Positions 8,700 through 18,765 are shown, numbered from the stretch's first letter. The stretch: 64,000 nt of DNA from an uncultured Verrucomicrobiae bacterium (GCA_963719495.1 CAVRCI010000003.1:32001-96000), one strand, 5' to 3'. Translations and numbers: made by a program. Notes: generated from the letters alone by a model not told the origin.

Positions 8700-10580
8700 A
8701 TGCCGATCATCTCAAACATCGAAAGGCGGACCACGGCGGGCCGCTTTGCCGTCGGCACGATCTACGCCGTGCTCATCATCGGGGCCATTTCGATGCTGTA
8801 TCCGTTCCTGCTCATGCTCCGCCTGGCGACAGCCGACGCCGTGGATCAGCATTCGCTCTCCCCCCTCCCCGCCTTCTGGTGGGACGAGGACGTGCTGGTG
8901 CGGAAATACTTGGAGAATCAGTACAGCGAAAAGGGCCAGCAACTCCCCTACGCCTACGGCTCGACCGAATGGACGGCGTTCTCCCAGGCCGACGGATTCT
9001 GGGAAAAGTCGTTCAAGCCGCTCGAATCCGTCCCCTTCGCCGCGATCGAACGCCGCACCAACGACTACCGCGAATACCTCGCCCAGGCCGACCTCCGCTT
9101 CCTCTACCCCCAGTTCACCTACATCCCGGGCCGCGGCCAGTCGGATCGCTGGATTGCCTTCTGGCTCGCCGAGAAGGAAGGCGTCCCGCCCGACACCTAC
9201 CGCTACTTCGAGCGGCCCCGGCCCGATTGGAAACGCCGCGACTGGACCCCGACCTACGGCAAGCCCTGGAACGACTGGCAGGAATGGCTGGCCTGGCTCC
9301 AGCCCGCCGAACGCTACGCCTTCTCCTCGAGCTACCCGTGGCAGCGTTTTCTGGGACTGAAATACGACACGGTCGCCGCCCTCAACGCCGCGCACGGGTC
9401 GGACCACACCAGCTTTGCCGTCGGCCCGGTCCTGCCGGTCGATCCGCCGGACGCGGATTCGCCGCTCCGGGCGGATTGGATCGAGTTCGTCGAAACCAGC
9501 TACCCGCTCTACTGGCAGCAACTCACCCCCGGGGCGGTCGCGGCCAACGAGCTCTCCTGGCGGAACTGGCTGCGGACCGATAAAAACATCCGCAACCCGG
9601 CCGATTGGAAAGCCTTCACCGGTCTCGAAGTCGCGTCACTCGACGAGATCGAACTGTCGGCGGAAATGCCGCCGAACGAAATTCTCGCCCGGTGGTGGAC
9701 CGAATACGTTGCCGACGAAATCGGCTGGGAGGGCCGCCGCATCCTCTCCAGCGAGGCGGATTTCCACGCGCTGCTCCGGGGCAAATACCCCGACCTCGCC
9801 GCGCTCAACGCCGCCTGGGACACGTCCTACACCGACTGGAGCGAAATCCGTTTCCCGCTCGCGTCCGCCGATTACCACACGCTCAAGACCTACGGGTGGC
9901 GCATCAAGAGCTACCTGACCTTCAAAAATTTCGAGATCGTCCTCCAGTCCCTCGTCTTCGAGGGCGGCGCGTTCTTCAACACGTTCGTCGTCATCTCGCT
10001 CAGCATCCTCACCTCGCTCACGGTCAATCCGCTCGCCGCCTACGCGCTCTCGCGCTTCCGGCTCCGCAATTCCAACAAGATCCTCATCTTCCTCCTCGCG
10101 ACCATGGCGCTCCCGGCTGAAGTCGCCATCGTGCCCAGCTTCCTCCTCGTCCGCGACCTCGGCCTCACCGACAACTACCTCGCCCTCGTCCTGCCGCAAG
10201 CCGCCAACGCCTTCAGCATCTTCCTCCTCAAGGGCTTCTTCGACTCCCTGCCGTCGGAACTCTACGAAGCCGCCCTGCTGGACGGAGCCGGCGAATTCAC
10301 GCTCTTCTTCCGCATCACGATTCCCCTCTCGATGCCCATCATCGCGGTCACGCTTCTCAGCACCACCGTGGCGTCCTACAACCTCTTCATGCCGGCCGTG
10401 ATGTACATCGGCGACGTCACGATGTGGCCAATCTCGACGAAAATCTACGAGATCAACCAGACCAACAGCATCGGCGTCGGCATGGCCGCCCTCGTGGTCG
10501 CCAGCATCTTCCCGCTCCTCGTCTTCACCTTCTGCCAACGCATCATCATGCGCGGCATCATTCTTCCGACGATGAAATAG
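8700..10580 (+). CDS. Carbohydrate ABC transporter permease (MalG-like) with a ~350-aa extracytoplasmic insertion
   Basis: N-terminal TM and C-terminal permease domain with FFDSLPSELYEAALLDGA. Confidence 0.9.
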   Translation: MPIISNIERRTTAGRFAVGTIYAVLIIGAISMLYPFLLMLRLATADAVDQHSLSPLPAFWWDEDVLVRKYLENQYSEKGQQLPYAYGSTEWTAFSQADGFWEKSFKPLESVPFAAIERRTNDYREYLAQADLRFLYPQFTYIPGRGQSDRWIAFWLAEKEGVPPDTYRYFERPRPDWKRRDWTPTYGKPWNDWQEWLAWLQPAERYAFSSSYPWQRFLGLKYDTVAALNAAHGSDHTSFAVGPVLPVDPPDADSPLRADWIEFVETSYPLYWQQLTPGAVAANELSWRNWLRTDKNIRNPADWKAFTGLEVASLDEIELSAEMPPNEILARWWTEYVADEIGWEGRRILSSEADFHALLRGKYPDLAALNAAWDTSYTDWSEIRFPLASADYHTLKTYGWRIKSYLTFKNFEIVLQSLVFEGGAFFNTFVVISLSILTSLTVNPLAAYALSRFRLRNSNKILIFLLATMALPAEVAIVPSFLLVRDLGLTDNYLALVLPQAANAFSIFLLKGFFDSLPSELYEAALLDGAGEFTLFFRITIPLSMPIIAVTLLSTTVASYNLFMPAVMYIGDVTMWPISTKIYEINQTNSIGVGMAALVVASIFPLLVFTFCQRIIMRGIILPTMK

Positions 10581-10603
10581 CCGCCCGGCAGTCCGCAACG
10601 ATT

Positions 10604-12187
10604 ATGAAACTCAGCTTGTTCCGCCTCCTCCCGATTTGCCTCCTCGCCCCCGGCGTCGTCATTTCCGCAAGCGAAAAGGATTTGAAAACCACCACCAGCG
10701 TCGCTCTCGGCCAGGAATTCACCGCGAATCCCTACAACCATCCGAACATCCCGAACGTCGCCTTCGCCGGCTACGGCTACGGCGAAAAGCCCCTCCCGGA
10801 ACCCGCCGTCGTGGCCGACGTGAAGAGCGAAGGCGCGAAGGGCGACGGCCGCACCGACGACACCGCCGCGTTCCAGGCGGCCATCGCGAAGGCTGGAGAA
10901 AAAGGCGGAGCCGTGGCGATCCCGGCCGGCGAATACAAGCTCACCGACGCCCTCGTCATCACCCAGCCCGGCGTCGTCCTCCGCGGCGAGGGCCCCGACC
11001 GGACCATCCTCGCCTTCGCAAAACCCCTCGCCCAGAGCAGTCTGTCCTTCATGACCGGCAGCCGCCCCTCCTGGTACGGCGGAATGATCTGGATCGAACC
11101 CGGCGAGCCGAAGCAACCGAAGGACGCCGTCGCCGCCGACGTCCAGTTGGCGGTCATAGCCCCCGCCAGCCTGGGCGACTTCTCCGTGGAAGTGTCCGCC
11201 GCCGACGCCGAAAAACTCCGTCCCCTCGTTGGACAAATGGTGCAAATGACCTGGGAAGGCGACAAATCGCTCGCCATGCACATCGCCGGCGACCCCTCGA
11301 TGGAGGCCTACGATTGGAACTCCTGGGCGATGATGAAAGGCGGCTCCCTGGCCTGGCATTGGGCCAACGAGATCACCGCCGTTTCCGGCTCAACCGTCAC
11401 CTTCAAAAAACCGCTTCGACTCGACGTCCAACCGAATTGGAAAGTCACGATCAACGTCGGCCGCGATTACCTCACCAACTGCGGCGTCGAGCACCTCACC
11501 ATCCGATTTCCCGACACCAAAAAAGCCGACCACCTCAAGGACCCCGGATACAACGGCATCATGCTCCGCAACACCGCCCATTGCTGGGTGCGCGACGTCA
11601 CCATCGACAACACCGACAACGCCCTTCTCTTCGGTGGCGAGGTCATCAACTGCACCGCCACCGGCATCGAGATCACCGGTCGCCCGAATCACCACGGCAC
11701 GATGACGCGCGCCATGTCGCACGACAACCTCATCGAGAAATTCCACATTACCTCCGAGCCCCATCACGGCATCAACACCGAAGGCGCGTCCAGCGGCAAC
11801 GTCTGGCGCGCCGGCGTGATGGACCACGGCACCTTCGACTCGCACTGCATGATGTCCTTCGACTCCGTTCGCACCGACATCAAGATCAACAACACCGGCA
11901 ATCCCGGCGGAGCCAAGGACCACGGACCCTTCGTTGGACGCCGTATGGTGAGTTGGAACATCGACATCACCAACAACAACGCCGAATGGATCGCCCAGCC
12001 CGCGATCTTCCCCAGCGGCGCCATCGTCGGCATCCGCGGCGCCGCGCTCGATCTCAAAGCGACCGACCTCTGGCACATGCCCGACGGCCTCGACAAAGGC
12101 TGCGTCGTCGCCGACATCGGCACCAAACCCGCCGCCCCGGATCTCTACGAAGCGCAGCTGAATCTCCGCCTCGGCGCTCAGCGCTGA
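10604..12187 (+). CDS. Secreted right-handed beta-helix glycan enzyme (Pectate_lyase_3-like), paralog 1
   Basis: Signal peptide; GAKGDGRTDDTAAFQAAI..GGAV.IPAG.Y, VVLRGEG, GTFDSH. Confidence 0.85.
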   Translation: MKLSLFRLLPICLLAPGVVISASEKDLKTTTSVALGQEFTANPYNHPNIPNVAFAGYGYGEKPLPEPAVVADVKSEGAKGDGRTDDTAAFQAAIAKAGEKGGAVAIPAGEYKLTDALVITQPGVVLRGEGPDRTILAFAKPLAQSSLSFMTGSRPSWYGGMIWIEPGEPKQPKDAVAADVQLAVIAPASLGDFSVEVSAADAEKLRPLVGQMVQMTWEGDKSLAMHIAGDPSMEAYDWNSWAMMKGGSLAWHWANEITAVSGSTVTFKKPLRLDVQPNWKVTINVGRDYLTNCGVEHLTIRFPDTKKADHLKDPGYNGIMLRNTAHCWVRDVTIDNTDNALLFGGEVINCTATGIEITGRPNHHGTMTRAMSHDNLIEKFHITSEPHHGINTEGASSGNVWRAGVMDHGTFDSHCMMSFDSVRTDIKINNTGNPGGAKDHGPFVGRRMVSWNIDITNNNAEWIAQPAIFPSGAIVGIRGAALDLKATDLWHMPDGLDKGCVVADIGTKPAAPDLYEAQLNLRLGAQR

Positions 12188-12202
12188 CCCGCCCCCTTCC
12201 CG

Positions 12203-12286
12203 GTCCCGGAGGGACATCCGGATTTTAGCCGGTGGCGCGAGCCACCGGGTTCCACGTCATCAACGCACGCGCCCCGAATGGGGCGC
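12203..12286. repeat. Triple-hairpin REP-like element
   Basis: GTCCCggaGGGAC, CCGGTGGCgcgaGCCACCGG and GCGCCCCgaatGGGGCGC in series between convergent genes. Confidence 0.6.
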
Positions 12287-12322
12287 CGGACTCACAACCG
12301 TCTCGAGCACGGCGGAGGGGTC

Positions 12323-12469
12323 GCGGAGGGGTCGGTCATTCATATTGACACATCGGCGGCTGCGGCGGAGGGGTCGGTCATTCATATTGACACATCGGCG
12401 GCTGCGGGAACGAAGCCGTTGTATGCGCGGACACCATCCAAAATGCGCTCAAGTGGAATGACCACTCCC
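12323..12469. repeat. Two direct 42-bp copies of a GGGGTCGGTCATTCATATTGACAC motif plus an imperfect inverted copy
   Basis: Units 12323-12364 and 12365-12406; inverted TCAAGTGGAATGACCACTCCC at 12449-12469; another copy at 51826-51867. Confidence 0.8.
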
Positions 12470-12550
12470 ACAATGACGCTACCAGCCGCAGTTATCGCTG
12501 CGCCCCGAAACGAGGCAATGACGGCACAAATCAGATCAACGGCGGTTTAC

Positions 12551-14281
12551 TTACGCCGGACTGACGATCGTCTCCAGCACGTGCCTTCCAGGCGGCAAGA
12601 TCGTGGTGAGGATCGGAACATCGGTGAATCGATGGATGAGGTTGCCGCCCCTCGGCGATTCCTGCACGGACGGGACCCGCCGATCACGAAATTCCATCCG
12701 GCTCGTCAGCCCCCCACCGGAAAGTACGATTTGCGTCGGTGAAATCTCATGTTCCCCCCGCGGACAGGGAAATCCCCCTTCCAGCACCTCCGTCTCCCGC
12801 TCGAGTTCCAGAACGTGCCGGGCCGCGTAGCCGGTTCCGCTCGGAGTCAACGTGGTCTCCACGTGCGACCACGGTGCCGGTCGCCATTCGATCCGCGCGG
12901 AATGCCCATCAATGCTCGCGCTCAGGGGGCGCTCGCGACCGATCCAGGCGGTCTCATCGGTCGCGCGAAGGATCAGCGCCAGATCGACCGGGGGCATCCC
13001 GTCGCAGCCCAGTAGTTCGAAGCCGTGCCTCGTGCCGTACGCAAATCGCCCGTAACGGCTGTCGGCACGTCCCATCCAAGCGGGCCCGTATTGCCCCGCC
13101 ATCAGCAACAGTGGTTCGTCGGGGGTGCCAGCGAGCACTCCTCCAAATTCCAGAAAAGGAATCGCCGAGTTTCTCGTCGCCGCGGGCGCAGCCCCCGCGG
13201 ACCAGAATGGATGCGTTGCGGGTTGGCCCAGTGCGAGTAGCGACTTGAGGCACCAGTAGGGCGACGTCTCGGCGATGTACAGCTCCGCGACATTTTCGTT
13301 CGGGTAGGTGCAACCCAGCCCCAGGCATCCGTCGTCCCGGCGAACGGGTCGTGCATGCCACCAACGCCGCTGACGCCGCCACAGCCCGGCGATCACCGGC
13401 CACGGAAGGGCCTCGCAATCGACGAGCGCCAAGGTCGCCCAAGCGGCATTCCAGACTTCGCGGTAGCACAGACTGCGACCCCACAGGATCGGCGCGCCAT
13501 CGGCGGCGGCGAAGTGTTGGAAATTGGCGGCGAAAGCGACCGACCGGGCGAGTAGTGCGCGTGCCCGTTCCGGCTGTCTGGGCGCGAGCATCTCCGCGGC
13601 AATCGGACCGTAGCAATGGAACGCCGCGGGAAGGTAAAGGTCCGCCGAGCGGGTGCCGGGATCGCAACCATCGAAATACCAGCCGTCTCCCGAGTACATC
13701 GCGTCGAGGGCATCGAGGTCCTCCTCGATCCGCGTCCACGAACCCGAACCGACCAGCGCGTCGAGCGCAAGATTCACGAGCACCCGGAACCACAGCCAGT
13801 TGTTCGGATGGACTCGGCGATGGTTGATTTGATCCAGCCAATCAACCGCCCTCTGGCGCTCCCCCGGCGAAAGCGGCTCCCACATTTCCCTCCGCGCCCA
13901 CAGCAGCGCCATCGCGACGGCGGGCATCTCACAAAATCCCTGGCAAAGATCTTCGCACGGCCCCCAAAAGTCCGGGTGATCGGGATCCGTGCCGGCGATC
14001 AGACCCGCCCGCCACCGGCTCCACATCCGCCCATCAAGCCGCGCCCCGTCGCCGGCTCGCGCCAGCGCGGCCATCGCCCACAGCGGACGGGCGTAACCCT
14101 GGAATGCATCCCACACCGGCTCGTAAAACGCTCGCGGCGGCCCAATCACGATCCGCGCGCCCGACGGAGTCATGTGTGGAACGAGCGCCCAAAGCTCTTC
14201 GTTCAACCGCGCAATCGCGGCGTCCCGGCGTCGTTCGCCCGCCGCCCCCTCAACCACGAAACCCGCCCCGCGTGCGCACAC
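12551..14281 (-). CDS. DUF2264 family protein (putative glycoside hydrolase); start uncertain
   Basis: GYARPLW, AGTDP.HPDFWG, NNWLWFRVLV, Y.GDGWYFDG, GRSLCYR and SPYWCLK motifs. Confidence 0.85.
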   Translation of the reverse strand: MCARGAGFVVEGAAGERRRDAAIARLNEELWALVPHMTPSGARIVIGPPRAFYEPVWDAFQGYARPLWAMAALARAGDGARLDGRMWSRWRAGLIAGTDPDHPDFWGPCEDLCQGFCEMPAVAMALLWARREMWEPLSPGERQRAVDWLDQINHRRVHPNNWLWFRVLVNLALDALVGSGSWTRIEEDLDALDAMYSGDGWYFDGCDPGTRSADLYLPAAFHCYGPIAAEMLAPRQPERARALLARSVAFAANFQHFAAADGAPILWGRSLCYREVWNAAWATLALVDCEALPWPVIAGLWRRQRRWWHARPVRRDDGCLGLGCTYPNENVAELYIAETSPYWCLKSLLALGQPATHPFWSAGAAPAATRNSAIPFLEFGGVLAGTPDEPLLLMAGQYGPAWMGRADSRYGRFAYGTRHGFELLGCDGMPPVDLALILRATDETAWIGRERPLSASIDGHSARIEWRPAPWSHVETTLTPSGTGYAARHVLELERETEVLEGGFPCPRGEHEISPTQIVLSGGGLTSRMEFRDRRVPSVQESPRGGNLIHRFTDVPILTTILPPGRHVLETIVSPA

Positions 14282-15695
14282 GCAGATTCCGCAGCAGCAG
14301 ATCGGTGCGCGTCATGCAGCGAATCGCGAACCGCCCGCACGACAGGACCGGGCCGTTATTGTCGTCCGCGCGGTCGGTCGCATCGATCACGACCGTCCCG
14401 TCGATCGCGCACTGGATGCGATCGCCAATCTGTAGGAAATCGAGTCGATGCCACGAACCAATCTCGTAGAGCGGACCGTGCACGCCGAATCCCATCGGGC
14501 GAAGCCACGGATTCTTCAGCATCGCGTGCGAGGCCACGTCGTTCCGCACGTCGTCCATCTCGCGGTAATACTCCCAGTGGTAATTTCGGATATCCTCCCA
14601 GCACACCGGACGCATCACGCCATTTGTCCTTGGTCGGTGGCAGGCCAGAAAATCCTCCCGCTGCATGCCGCTGCACTGCGTCATCAGCAGGCTCAACCCG
14701 CCCCGGCGCAGCGGCTGAAATTCGTAATTGATGTGCAAATCGCCCTCGAACCAATCCCGTGACCACAAATACACGTGGTTCAGATCGAGCACGGAAAAGT
14801 CGTGCAGCGGATCCGCCGGAGGGGTCGTGATCCGCAGGCCGTCCGCCGTGATCCGGGGAGCCTGCACGCAGCCCTGAAGGTGAAAACGGCGCAAATCCTC
14901 CGGGTCAGTCAGCCCCAACGACAACCTCTCCCGCCAATCCGCACCCTCCGGCGACTCGAACGTCGCGCGTCCGCGTCCGAGGTAGGTGCGCTCGAGTTGC
15001 CGCTGCACCGCCGCGTCCGGCTCGGGACATTCCTGCGCGAACAACCGGACCGCACCCGCCTCGTCCAGTTCCTCGTCGTATCCCCGCACCTCGCCCGTCG
15101 CAAACATCGTCGATCCCACGCACAGCATGCCCCCCGGCTCCGGCACGGACAACGGTCCCTCGTGCATCGTGTCGCTGTGCCCCACGAGCACCCCGTTGGC
15201 GAACAACCGGTGTCGATTGGCCGCCGCATCCCACGAATAGGCGAGGTGCACCCATCGACGCGCACGAAATTCCCAGTGGCCCGCCGCCGCGACCGCGTGC
15301 CGTTTCTTGAACGCTTCGTAAACGTAACCCGGCCCCCGCTTCAGGTAGAGGCTCGGCGTCCAAAAACTCGACCACACCAACGCCACGTGCGCCGCCCGAC
15401 TGTCCTTCACCGTCTCCCGGTCGCTGAAAAGCGTGAACTCGTCCGCATCCGGCACCGACAGACTGTGCGTTTCGAGCTTCTGCGCCGGATGCAAGTCCTC
15501 CAGCGCCATCACCCAGATCGTCAGGGTTCCCCGCGGTTCCCCCAGATGATGCGGCCCCAGCACGATCCCGCCAAACACGTCGTCCAGGGTCAATCCCGAA
15601 CGCCCCTCGTGCGTGACCCGCCGCACCCCACCACGACGCACGTCCAACTCATCCTTCGGAATCGACGCCACATCGTAGGTAAATCGCGGAGACAT
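14250..15695 (-). CDS. LamG/ConA-like domain plus DUF1961 (YesU) family protein
   Basis: WVHLAYSWD..RLFANGVLVG (LamG-like); C-terminal NYHWEYYR and GRFAIRCM. Confidence 0.7.
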   Translation of the reverse strand: MSPRFTYDVASIPKDELDVRRGGVRRVTHEGRSGLTLDDVFGGIVLGPHHLGEPRGTLTIWVMALEDLHPAQKLETHSLSVPDADEFTLFSDRETVKDSRAAHVALVWSSFWTPSLYLKRGPGYVYEAFKKRHAVAAAGHWEFRARRWVHLAYSWDAAANRHRLFANGVLVGHSDTMHEGPLSVPEPGGMLCVGSTMFATGEVRGYDEELDEAGAVRLFAQECPEPDAAVQRQLERTYLGRGRATFESPEGADWRERLSLGLTDPEDLRRFHLQGCVQAPRITADGLRITTPPADPLHDFSVLDLNHVYLWSRDWFEGDLHINYEFQPLRRGGLSLLMTQCSGMQREDFLACHRPRTNGVMRPVCWEDIRNYHWEYYREMDDVRNDVASHAMLKNPWLRPMGFGVHGPLYEIGSWHRLDFLQIGDRIQCAIDGTVVIDATDRADDNNGPVLSCGRFAIRCMTRTDLLLRNLRVRTRGGFRG

Positions 15696-15860
15696 GCGCG
15701 CGATCATCGTTCACTCGCCGCGCAAGACAAGATCGAAGCCCCTTTTCGGCAGGTTCAGGGTGTGATTGCGAAAATTGTCGGTCATGCGGCGCGCTGGGTG
15801 AAGAAGTGGGCGCGGAAGGGATTCTGCGCCCTACCTTTGGTGACCGTTTTCGCGGTCACA

Positions 15861-16146
15861 CCCGAATGGCACTGCTTTAAGCGGTTCGTCGGCGGAAAAC
15901 GGGTTACTGGTTCACCGGATGACTTGAGTCCAAACTGGCTTATTTACCCTCGCAGGGCAGTTGCGCGCAGTGTGCAGAAAGTCAGAGATTCTTCGGATTA
16001 CCTCAGAATGACAGCTTGGGGGGACGGGAGACATTCGTTGCGAAGCAACGTCTTCGTCCAAACCTGTCATCCTGAATGCAATGAAGGATCTCTGACTTTT
16101 CAGGACGAGAGCGGTCGAAAACTCGCTTAAAACAGTGCCATTCCGA
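15861..16146. mobile_element. MITE family 1, copy 2, with a nested long hairpin repeat
   Basis: TIRs GAATGGCACTGCTTTAAGCG (15864-15883) and CGCTTAAAACAGTGCCATTC (16124-16143); 5-bp TSD TCACA (15856-15860, 16147-16151); inner inverted repeat 15978-16019 / 16058-16099. Confidence 0.8.
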
Positions 16147-16160
16147 TCACACCCGCAGAT

Positions 16161-17276
16161 TCATCTTCCCACGGATTCACGCCGGATCTGGCCGGGCGTT
16201 TTCCCCGTCACCCTTCGGCACACGTTGTTGAACAACCGGGCGTCGGAAAATCCCGCGCGCTCCGCCAGCGCAAACATCGGCTCCTCGCCATTCACGATTT
16301 CCGGCATGACCGCTTCCAGCTTGGCCCGGCACAATTCCCCGTAGATCGGCAATCCAATCTCGTCCCGAAACAGGCGCTCCAAAGTCCGCCGCCCAATGCC
16401 ACTCCCCAGCGCGACGTCCTCGACCGTCTGGAGTTCCGCCGATTGGGTTCGCATGATCCGCAACGCGGCCGCCACCGCCGGATGCCTCGCCGTGAAACGG
16501 TCGGTCGACCGGCGGGCCACCACGTAGAGCGGAGGAATCTTTTCGGTTTTCCGGGGTGCGGGTTTGCCCCGCAGCAGCCGGGCCAGCAGCCGCGCCGCCT
16601 CGAATCCGAGTGTTGCGTAATCCGGCGCCACGCTCGACAACGCCACCGGCGAAATCAGTGACTCCAGCTCGTCGTCGTCCACGCCGACCACCGCGACATC
16701 GATCGGCACCTGCAGGTTGGTCTGCAAGGTTGCTTCAACCAGCCGCCGCGCACGGTGATCGTTCACCGCCATGATCCCGATGGGTTCCCCCGACGTCGTG
16801 CCCCCCCCAAGGATATCGTCATCCTCGTTGCACAGACGGCAGGAAAAATCCCGGGCCGCGAGAGCCTCCGAGAATCCGGCGAAGCGCTCCCGCCCGAAAA
16901 CCGTGTCGGTCGAACCCACGAACGCAAATCGCCGAAATCCGTGGTCCAGCAGGTGCTTCGCCGCCAGCTCTCCCGCGGCAATGTCGTCGCAAACGATCCG
17001 CGGCACCGGACTTCCCTCCAGTCGATTGGACACGTTGACGGTCGCGCGATAGTGTTGGCCTGCGGCAACCCACTCGTCCGTCGCCAGAAAGCCGATCATC
17101 CCGTCGAGACGAAGGCTGGGGTCTGGCGGGGGTTGCGCCGAATCGGAAGCGTCGATCAGCCACTCGGGTTGCTCCGCAGCAAACTGTCGAATACCTCGCA
17201 AAATTCCCCGGCTGAGCTTGAGCGCAAACGGAAGAAACACTCCGATGTGGAGGGATCGACGCACGGGCTCACTCAC
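16161..17276 (-). CDS. XylR-type transcriptional regulator (periplasmic-binding-protein-like sensor plus AraC HTH)
   Basis: VPIDVAVVGVDDDE...LSSV; C-terminal RRTLERLFR and AERAGFSD...F.RVTGKTP. Confidence 0.92.
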   Translation of the reverse strand: MSEPVRRSLHIGVFLPFALKLSRGILRGIRQFAAEQPEWLIDASDSAQPPPDPSLRLDGMIGFLATDEWVAAGQHYRATVNVSNRLEGSPVPRIVCDDIAAGELAAKHLLDHGFRRFAFVGSTDTVFGRERFAGFSEALAARDFSCRLCNEDDDILGGGTTSGEPIGIMAVNDHRARRLVEATLQTNLQVPIDVAVVGVDDDELESLISPVALSSVAPDYATLGFEAARLLARLLRGKPAPRKTEKIPPLYVVARRSTDRFTARHPAVAAALRIMRTQSAELQTVEDVALGSGIGRRTLERLFRDEIGLPIYGELCRAKLEAVMPEIVNGEEPMFALAERAGFSDARLFNNVCRRVTGKTPGQIRRESVGR

Positions 17277-17407
17277 GCAAAGAGAATGGTCGGTGTCAAG
17301 TCACGCTGCCGGTGAAGTGCGGTTGCGTCGGCGGGTTGGACGGCGATTGTTGGCGGCTGGAAGCCACCACTCCGGTGCCCGCGATGCCCGAACTGCTCCA
17401 TAAATCG

Positions 17408-17439
17408 AAAAGTCCCACCGCCCGTTGGGCGGTGGGACT
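17408..17439 (-). terminator. Intrinsic terminator after the PEP-CTERM gene
   Basis: 13-bp stem AGTCCCACCGCCC/GGGCGGTGGGACT followed by a short T run on the minus strand. Confidence 0.7.
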
Positions 17440-17486
17440 GATCAGAAGTCCAGTTGATCGACGCGCCGCTTGGGCGCGCTATCGGT

Positions 17487-18434
17487 TCAGGACCGACGCC
17501 GACGACGCATGGCCAGAACGCCCACACCACCGGCGATCAAGAGAGCAAACGAAGAAGGCTCCGGGACCGCGGCCATTCCCGTGAGAACTTCCTGCAGCCC
17601 TGCATCACCAGCTGTGGTGCTGAAGCGGAGGATGTCGGCTTGGCCCTGCTTGTTGAAATTGATGCCAAAGCCAGAAATAGAGCCTAAGTCGGTGCTACTG
17701 CTGGTGAGTAGAGCTGCGCCCAGACCGGCCTCGGTCTGCGAACTCAAATCGACGCCAAAATCTTTGGCACCGCCCGAGTCATCGTTTCCGACCCACAACT
17801 GAATCGTGTCGTTGCCGGCGGTTAGGTCAATCTTGATGAGCAATAGATAAGTGCCGCTAGCGTTCAATTCCTTGGCAGCTTCGTTGATACCTGGGTTGCC
17901 GAAGGTCAAGGCCCCGCCCCCGGCGTTGAGGTATGGTTTGGCGTTATCCTCACCGAAAACCACACTATTCAGACTACCACTAAGTTGCAGCCGCGTGTCA
18001 CGGTCGGGAACCGTCTCGGGGCCTGGTGTGCTTGTCATCCCGGTCGCGCCAGTGGAACTGATCAACCCCGTCACCCATACCGTGCCGAGTGAGAACGTAG
18101 AATCAAACGCCCGAGTGGCGACTCCGGTGCCACCCCGGTTGGCCCGACCGTCGTTGGTGTCCGTCTCGTTGCCGAAAGTGCTGTAGCCGGACGAGGTGAA
18201 GGTGAGCTGATTATTCGCCTGATAGTCTACATTATTGGAGCCGGTCCACGCCCCGCCCCACCCATCAGTTGCCGTACCCAGCGTCGGCAAATCCAAGTTA
18301 GAAGTGCCGTAGTTATTGAAATATTCCGTGATCAACGCCCCACTTGCGGGAACCGACACGGCCAAGGGGAGCGCGACAGCGAGGGCCGCGAGAGATGGAA
18401 ATTGTAGTCTGAAGGGAATGGATGGGGTTTTCAT
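17487..18434 (-). CDS. PEP-CTERM surface protein
   Basis: Signal peptide; C-terminal VPEPSSFALLIAGGVGVLAMRRRRRS. Confidence 0.93.
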   Translation of the reverse strand: MKTPSIPFRLQFPSLAALAVALPLAVSVPASGALITEYFNNYGTSNLDLPTLGTATDGWGGAWTGSNNVDYQANNQLTFTSSGYSTFGNETDTNDGRANRGGTGVATRAFDSTFSLGTVWVTGLISSTGATGMTSTPGPETVPDRDTRLQLSGSLNSVVFGEDNAKPYLNAGGGALTFGNPGINEAAKELNASGTYLLLIKIDLTAGNDTIQLWVGNDDSGGAKDFGVDLSSQTEAGLGAALLTSSSTDLGSISGFGINFNKQGQADILRFSTTAGDAGLQEVLTGMAAVPEPSSFALLIAGGVGVLAMRRRRRS

Positions 18435-18536
18435 ACTTTCCAACGATGGTTCGACAGACCGCTCCTGTCATTACCGTTTTACGTCAAAGTCTTACTTTTT
18501 CGCGTCTAAGGCGTTTTTTTTGCAAAACGAAGAGGA

Positions 18537-18612
18537 ACCACAGATTGCAGGCACGGGTGCAGATAATGAAGAGGCGTCCCTGCCATCTGCGCCCATCCGT
18601 GCCATCTGCGGT
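18537..18612. repeat. Imperfect inverted repeat of the CACAGAT...ATCTGCGG type
   Basis: ACCACAGATTGCAGGCACGGGTGCAGAT ... ATCTGCGCCCATCCGTGCCATCTGCGGT. Confidence 0.55.
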
Positions 18613-18705
18613 CAATCCATCCCTTCTCGGCGGGAGGCCGGGGTGAGGGCAAGCATCCGAGCAATGGAGTTCGCGCCGCCGCGCCCCACCAGACCCGCCG
18701 CGAAT

Positions 18706-18758
18706 TCTACACGTAAACCTCAAACCCCTTTGCCCTCCCGAGTGCCGATCCCTAGCTT
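18706..18758 (+). promoter_or_regulatory. Site TCTACACGTAAA (18706-18717) plus a sigma70-like promoter
   Basis: TTGCCC(18730)-N17-TAGCTT(18753); ATG at 18766. Confidence 0.8.
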
Positions 18759-18765
18759 CCCCGCC

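Noticed and set aside
18476..18510. Extra operator copies upstream of the first PEP-CTERM gene (also 5746-5757)
   Set aside because: Too many mismatches to the consensus and no consistent promoter spacing.
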